Assembly (NCBI GenBank): GCA_964612665.1
Contig: CAZTCI010000002.1
Span: 432,334 to 496,333, forward strand
Direction: 5' to 3'
Origin: an uncultured Planctomycetales bacterium
GTDB lineage: Bacteria > Omnitrophota > Gorgyraeia > Zapsychrales > JAHFFX01
Length of the DNA: 64,000 nt
Shown: in pieces, positions 60,931 through 64,000 of the stretch
Position numbering within the stretch: position 1 is the first letter of the stretch
How the letters are laid out: the number at the start of each line of letters is the position of its first letter
The notes under the pieces: model-generated
Databases searched by the model: none
Seen by the model: the letters and a program-made list of their open reading frames with translations, nothing else
What the model was told of the DNA's origin: nothing
Program-made: the position numbers and the translations under genes

Positions 60931-61680
60931 TTAAGTTAACCAATCATAACCCTTCTCCTCAACCTGTAGGGCCAGTTCTTTGCCGGATGAGCGGACGATT
61001 TTTCCTTTATGCAGGATATGGACAAAATCCGGGACGATATAGTTGAGCAGTCGCTGATAATGGGTTATCAGGATAATGGCGTTGTTTTTATTTCTTAGTT
61101 TGTTAACACCTTCGGCGACGATTTTCATAGAATCGATATCCAACCCCGAATCGGTCTCATCCAAAATCGCTAGACGTGGATTTAAGACAGCCATTTGCAG
61201 GATTTCGTTGCGTTTCTTTTCCCCGCCGGAAAAATCCACATTGACTGGACGGTTGATAAATTTTTCATCCATATTTAGCAGCTTCATTTTTTTACGCAAA
61301 TAGGTGTCGAATTCAATCGGGTCCATTTCTTCAGCGCCTTGATGTTTGCAAATCGCATTAAAAGCCGCACGCAAGAAAACCGCCGTATTAACACCAGGAA
61401 TCTCAACGGGATATTGAAAGGCCAGAAAAACGCCTTCACGCGCCCGTTCATCAGCATCAAGTTCTAGCAGATCAATCCTTTTAAAATTGACTTCATACTG
61501 CATTGAACCTTTTGTTACTTGATAATCTTTATGACCGGCCAACACTTTCGCCAATGTACTTTTCCCAGAACCGTTCGGTCCCATAATGGCATGAACTTCA
61601 CCGGCGCCGACTTCCAAATTAATCCCATTAAGAATTGGGGTTTCATTGATACTCGCGTGCAGATCTTTAATCTCTAACAT
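60931..61680 (-). CDS. sufC: Fe-S cluster assembly ATPase SufC
   Basis: MLEIKDLHA start at 61680 with a GAGGGAG RBS; Walker A GPNGSGKST; LSGGEKKR. Confidence 0.92.
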   Translation of the reverse strand: MLEIKDLHASINETPILNGINLEVGAGEVHAIMGPNGSGKSTLAKVLAGHKDYQVTKGSMQYEVNFKRIDLLELDADERAREGVFLAFQYPVEIPGVNTAVFLRAAFNAICKHQGAEEMDPIEFDTYLRKKMKLLNMDEKFINRPVNVDFSGGEKKRNEILQMAVLNPRLAILDETDSGLDIDSMKIVAEGVNKLRNKNNAIILITHYQRLLNYIVPDFVHILHKGKIVRSSGKELALQVEEKGYDWLT

Positions 61681-61708
61681 AAACTCCCTCTTTTTCATTG
61701 AATGTATT

Positions 61709-63151
61709 TTATCCAACACTGCCTTCCAGTTTCATTTCCAAAAGTTTAACCGCCTCGACGGAAAATTCCAAAGGCAGTTCCTTAAAGACTTCTTTACAAA
61801 ACCCATTAATGATAAGCGAAACCGCGCCTTCCAAATCTAATCCACGCGATTGCAGATAAAACATCTGCTCCGCGCTGATTTTTGAGGTGGACGCTTCATG
61901 TTCCAAGGTTGCGGTTGAATTTTGCACTTCAATATAAGGAAAAGTGTTCGCGCTGCAATTGTTGCCAACCAGCATGGAATCGCATTGCGAAAAATTCCGC
62001 GCGCCATCGGCGCTTGGCAAAATTTTAATCAAGCCACGATAATTATTATTAGAGTAATCAGTTGAAATCCCTTTTGAAACAACCGTGCTTTTGGTATTTT
62101 TGCCGATATGAATCATCTTGGTGCCGGTGTCGGCTTGCATGTGATTATTTGTCAAAGCGACCGAATAGAATTTCCCAACGGAATTATCACCTTGAAGGAT
62201 AACGCTCGGATATTTCCAGGTAATCGCTGCGCCAGCTTCCACTTGCGTCCAGGAAATCTGTGAATTGCGTCCCTGGCATTTGCCACGTTTAGTCACAAAA
62301 TTGTAAATGCCGCCTTTCCCTTCTTTATCGCCGGAGTACCAGTTTTGGACGGTTGAATATTTTATTTCAGCGTTGTTAAGAGCCACTAATTCAACGACCG
62401 CTGCGTGCAATTGGTTTTGATCGCGCGACGGCGCGGTACATCCTTCCAAGTAACTCACATAACTGTCATCTTCTGCGACGATCAAAGTCCGTTCAAATTG
62501 CCCGGACTCAGCCGCGTTAATTCTAAAATACGTTGAAAGCTCAAGCGGAGAGCGTACACCTTTGGGAATATAACAAAACGATCCATCACTAAAAACCGCG
62601 GAATTAAGCGCCGCAAAAAAATTATCCGTGTAGGGAACAACCGAGCCTAAATATTTCTGAACCAAATCCGAATGATGCTGAATCGCCTCTGACATCGAAC
62701 AGAAAATAATCCCAAGCTTGGCTAATTCATTTTTATGCGTTGTTCCGACGGAAACGCTGTCAAACACCGCGTCCACCGCAACGCCGGTTAAACGCTTTTG
62801 TTCGGTTAAAGGAATGCCGAGGCGCTCGAACGTTTTCAAAAGCTCTTGATCAACTTCCTCAAGGCTGTTTGTTTTTTTCTTCTGTTTGGGAGCGGAATAA
62901 TAAGTAACGGCTTGATAATCAATCGGCCCGTATTTAAAATTGGGCCATTTGGGTTCCGTCATCTTAGTCCAATGACGAAAGGCCTTTAAACGCCATTCAA
63001 GCATAAAGGCAGGTTCTTTTTTCTTTTCTGAGAGCATGCGGACGATGTTCTCATTAAGACCTTTGGGGAATTCTTCGGTTTCGATATTGGTCACGAAACC
63101 GTATTTATATTCGCGGTTGGTTAATTCTTGTTGTTGAACTGATTTAGACAT
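61709..63151 (-). CDS. sufB: Fe-S cluster assembly scaffold SufB
   Basis: 480 aa with strongly SufB-like sequence. Confidence 0.92.
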   Translation of the reverse strand: MSKSVQQQELTNREYKYGFVTNIETEEFPKGLNENIVRMLSEKKKEPAFMLEWRLKAFRHWTKMTEPKWPNFKYGPIDYQAVTYYSAPKQKKKTNSLEEVDQELLKTFERLGIPLTEQKRLTGVAVDAVFDSVSVGTTHKNELAKLGIIFCSMSEAIQHHSDLVQKYLGSVVPYTDNFFAALNSAVFSDGSFCYIPKGVRSPLELSTYFRINAAESGQFERTLIVAEDDSYVSYLEGCTAPSRDQNQLHAAVVELVALNNAEIKYSTVQNWYSGDKEGKGGIYNFVTKRGKCQGRNSQISWTQVEAGAAITWKYPSVILQGDNSVGKFYSVALTNNHMQADTGTKMIHIGKNTKSTVVSKGISTDYSNNNYRGLIKILPSADGARNFSQCDSMLVGNNCSANTFPYIEVQNSTATLEHEASTSKISAEQMFYLQSRGLDLEGAVSLIINGFCKEVFKELPLEFSVEAVKLLEMKLEGSVG

Positions 63152-63171
63152 AGTAAAAACCTCGACTATAT

Positions 63172-63639
63172 TTAGTCTTTGACGGCTGTGGATTCAACGG
63201 GTTTTAATTTAATGACTTTTTCTTTTGGATTTTTGGATCCTAATAAATCTTTGACGGTGATGGTGTCAAACAATTGGCTTAATTTTTCGTTGAGGTTCAG
63301 CATCGGCGAAATTAAGTTGCAGCAACCGGTTAATTCACAGAAAGAATGTTTTTCATGAAAGCAATTTACAATTTCGATCGGACCGATGATGATCCGGATC
63401 AATTCATTTAGTGTCACCCGGGAAAGATCTTTTTGAATCAAATATCCGCCATGCGCGCCGTGTTCGGCTTTGAGAATTCCACTTTGCGCCATCAATTGCA
63501 GTACGCGGGAAGTTGGATCAAAAGGCGTATGATAAACATCGCAGATTTCTTTTGCGGCGGTGAGTTGACCTGGATAATTCCCGCTCATATGTTTGAGCGC
63601 GATTAAGGCGTATTCGACTTTACGATTGATTTTAAACAT
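63172..63639 (-). CDS. Rrf2-family transcriptional regulator (IscR/SufR-like, three-Cys cluster)
   Basis: N-terminal wHTH ([12 protein letters not shown]), C92/C98/C104-like cysteines [15 protein letters not shown]. Confidence 0.8.
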   Translation of the reverse strand: MFKINRKVEYALIALKHMSGNYPGQLTAAKEICDVYHTPFDPTSRVLQLMAQSGILKAEHGAHGGYLIQKDLSRVTLNELIRIIIGPIEIVNCFHEKHSFCELTGCCNLISPMLNLNEKLSQLFDTITVKDLLGSKNPKEKVIKLKPVESTAVKD

Positions 63640-63643
63640 AATG

Positions 63644-63991
63644 TTATTTTTTTAAGTCCGCCGGAAGTTCATCAATTTTAGCCGCCAGAATAAAATCATT
63701 GTCGGTTAAACCACCGAGCGCGTGGGTTGATAATTCAACACGCAATTTCCGGTAGCCGGTTAAATGAAGATTCGGATGATGGTTTTCAGCTTCGGCGATT
63801 TTGGCAATACGGTTGATTAAATCAACACCGGCCATGAAATTCTTCAAAACATACTCGCGAAAAATAACTTTACCCGACGGATCCAATCGCCACTGGTTTA
63901 ATGATTTTAAATGTTGCTGAATTTGATCCAGTGCTAATGTCTCCCCGATGCCTTCGCAGGGCTGGCATTTTTTTTGAGCTAACTGCGTCAT
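63644..63991 (-). CDS. Pterin-4a-carbinolamine dehydratase (PCD/DCoH)
   Basis: 115 aa, EAENHHPNLHL motif. Confidence 0.8.
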   Translation of the reverse strand: MTQLAQKKCQPCEGIGETLALDQIQQHLKSLNQWRLDPSGKVIFREYVLKNFMAGVDLINRIAKIAEAENHHPNLHLTGYRKLRVELSTHALGGLTDNDFILAAKIDELPADLKK

Positions 63992-64000
63992 TGTTCTGCC

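Overview
This 64 kb window from a diderm (Gram-negative-type) bacterium is about 42% GC, tightly packed, and transcribed almost entirely on the minus strand until about 53 kb. The organism could not be identified from sequence alone.

Most of the window is recognisable housekeeping or accessory metabolism:
- an HD-GYP response regulator and surE;
- a small metal-homeostasis locus with two adjacent Fur-family genes, one N-terminally truncated;
- assimilatory sulfate activation (cysH, cysD, cysNC);
- mutY, nadK, and a complete Pho regulon (phoU, phoR, phoB, a second phoU, pstBACS, and an outer-membrane porin);
- crcB, an FKBP isomerase, a cold-shock protein, a SulP permease and an MscS channel;
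- a CPA2 antiporter fused to two USP domains, NDH-2, DedA, and a full F1Fo ATP synthase operon (atpZ, atpI, atpB, atpE, atpF, atpH, atpA, atpG, atpD and a short atpC);
- uppP, TauE, a processive GT2 glycosyltransferase, ridA and yceI;
- divergent ispG and ispH followed by a ferredoxin; moaE, a PduO-type adenosyltransferase, murB, moaA, and an Rrf2-regulated sufBCDSU operon with a pterin dehydratase.

Four things stand out beyond that:
- **Fimbrial-like operon (26124-32034).** This operon encodes a tandem three-domain pilin-like protein, a single-domain pilin-like protein, a PapD-like periplasmic chaperone, and a 978-aa outer-membrane protein. The membrane protein combines TPR, a secretin-N-like domain, a beta-barrel and two Cna-B-like domains, which is not a canonical usher.
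- **Structured leader (about 25424-25733).** A roughly 300-nt 5' leader carries a GNRA-hairpin and a tetraloop-receptor hairpin that resemble the two halves of a c-di-GMP-I (GEMM) riboswitch, separated by about 95 nt of extra hairpins. It precedes a small secreted ORF.
- **Palindromic repeat family.** A family of 70-100 bp palindromic repeats with a TTAACGCGGATTACACAC-type core sits at four intra-operon sites, two of which flank and partly encode the ends of moaE.
- **IR-flanked element.** A 225-bp element bounded by perfect 21-bp inverted repeats lies between phoU and phoR.

All calls rest on reading the translated ORFs and the sequence directly; no database searches were run.
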